A DNA stretch of 64,000 bases from Gordius albopunctatus (lineage: Eukaryota). The stretch covers positions 4,836,001 through 4,900,000 of the forward strand of contig OZ193909.1 of the NCBI GenBank assembly GCA_964276515.1, in the 5' to 3' direction. The translations under genes were made by a program, and so were the position numbers. Of this stretch, positions 63,058 to 64,000 are shown in pieces. The notes under the pieces were generated by a model. The model was not told where the DNA came from and made no database searches. It saw only the letters and a program-made list of their open reading frames with translations. Numbering within the stretch: the first letter of the stretch is position 1; each line of letters starts with the position of its first letter.

Positions 63058-64000
63058 TAAAATAATTTATAAATATAAAATATATTACTTTTAACAAACT
63101 TGATAATATAAATCATTACCATAAATTTTATTTTTTTGTATTTAATGATTCGTTTCGTATTTTGAACCCTATTTGCTCACTATTTAATTAATTTGTTCAG
63201 TTTTTATATTAAGGTTGCTTAATAAATTTTGGCTTAGTAATTGAAATTTAATTAGAAAATGATAAGTATTGAATTGAACCAGAAATGTCAATAATAGAAG
63301 TGTTAGCTATGTAGTAAAAAATAGGGGGCTTCGCCCCCAGACCCCCGTTTAGCTTAAGACAGTCCCTGCTTCACGTATCTTTACTTCAAATCTTCATACA
63401 CATCGATTACTCTTGTATACTTCATACAAACAAGGCTTATTTGCTATGCAATTTATGTAGGAATCTTCATGATTGCATAACAAATAATATAACTGAAAAA
63501 AGCTAATATTCATGTCCGACTTAAATCAATTTTTTAGCTATAAAGTTTTACATATTGCCTAGTTTAACCCTGTACTAATTAAAAAAAATTGCATAGCAAT
63601 TAATAAAAATAGCAAATAAATTGAAAAGAAGGTATTATTTTTTTTTAATTTTTTAATAAACATATTAAGCAACAATTGGCAAATACATTCTAAATATTAT
63701 ACCCTTCTTTTTTAATACAACAATGGGGCAAAAGCTTATTATTTTTTATATCAAATGAATGCCAAGCGTATCTTTGCGTACGTAATTTGGTATCCACATG
63801 ATCATAGTTGCACATACAATGCTTTTTAAGGGTAAATTTAGATTTTGGAAATTGGCAAAAGATATGTTAAACCACAAAAATATATTAATGTATTCAGTTA
63901 GCATTTTATACATTACTTGAATTGCATAAATATTTAAATTGCTATTAATAAGTTTTAATAGAAAAGCTCCTTACAAAGTTATATATAAATGTGTTGTCAT

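Overview
AT-rich, intron-containing genomic DNA from an invertebrate animal, judged by the metazoan-type 18S fragment and spliceosomal genes; it is not prokaryotic. I reconstructed five host genes by hand across splice junctions: GTPBP6 (HflX-family GTPase, +), MOB3 (-), a ZC3H4/ZC3H6/su(s)-like triple-CCCH protein (+), cytoplasmic arginyl-tRNA synthetase RARS1 (-) and ribosomal protein RPL32 (-). Many introns are only 34-42 nt. The rest is dense, often nested transposon sequence: CsRn1-like and Mag-like Gypsy relics, a non-autonomous LTR (TRIM-like) family in three copies, three Helitrons, several hAT elements with 8-bp TSDs, a piggyBac-type element, and RTE and MULE relics. There is also an orphan, decayed 18S rDNA copy interrupted by a hAT MITE. 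The most unusual signals are a conserved hairpin that pairs the TRIM tRNA-Trp primer-binding site with a CCA-ending tRNA-like strand, an LTR flanked by outward-facing PBSs on both sides, very short introns (also inside a hAT transposase), and a recent 102-bp coding triplication in the ZC3H4-like gene. All calls are by eye; no database searches were run.
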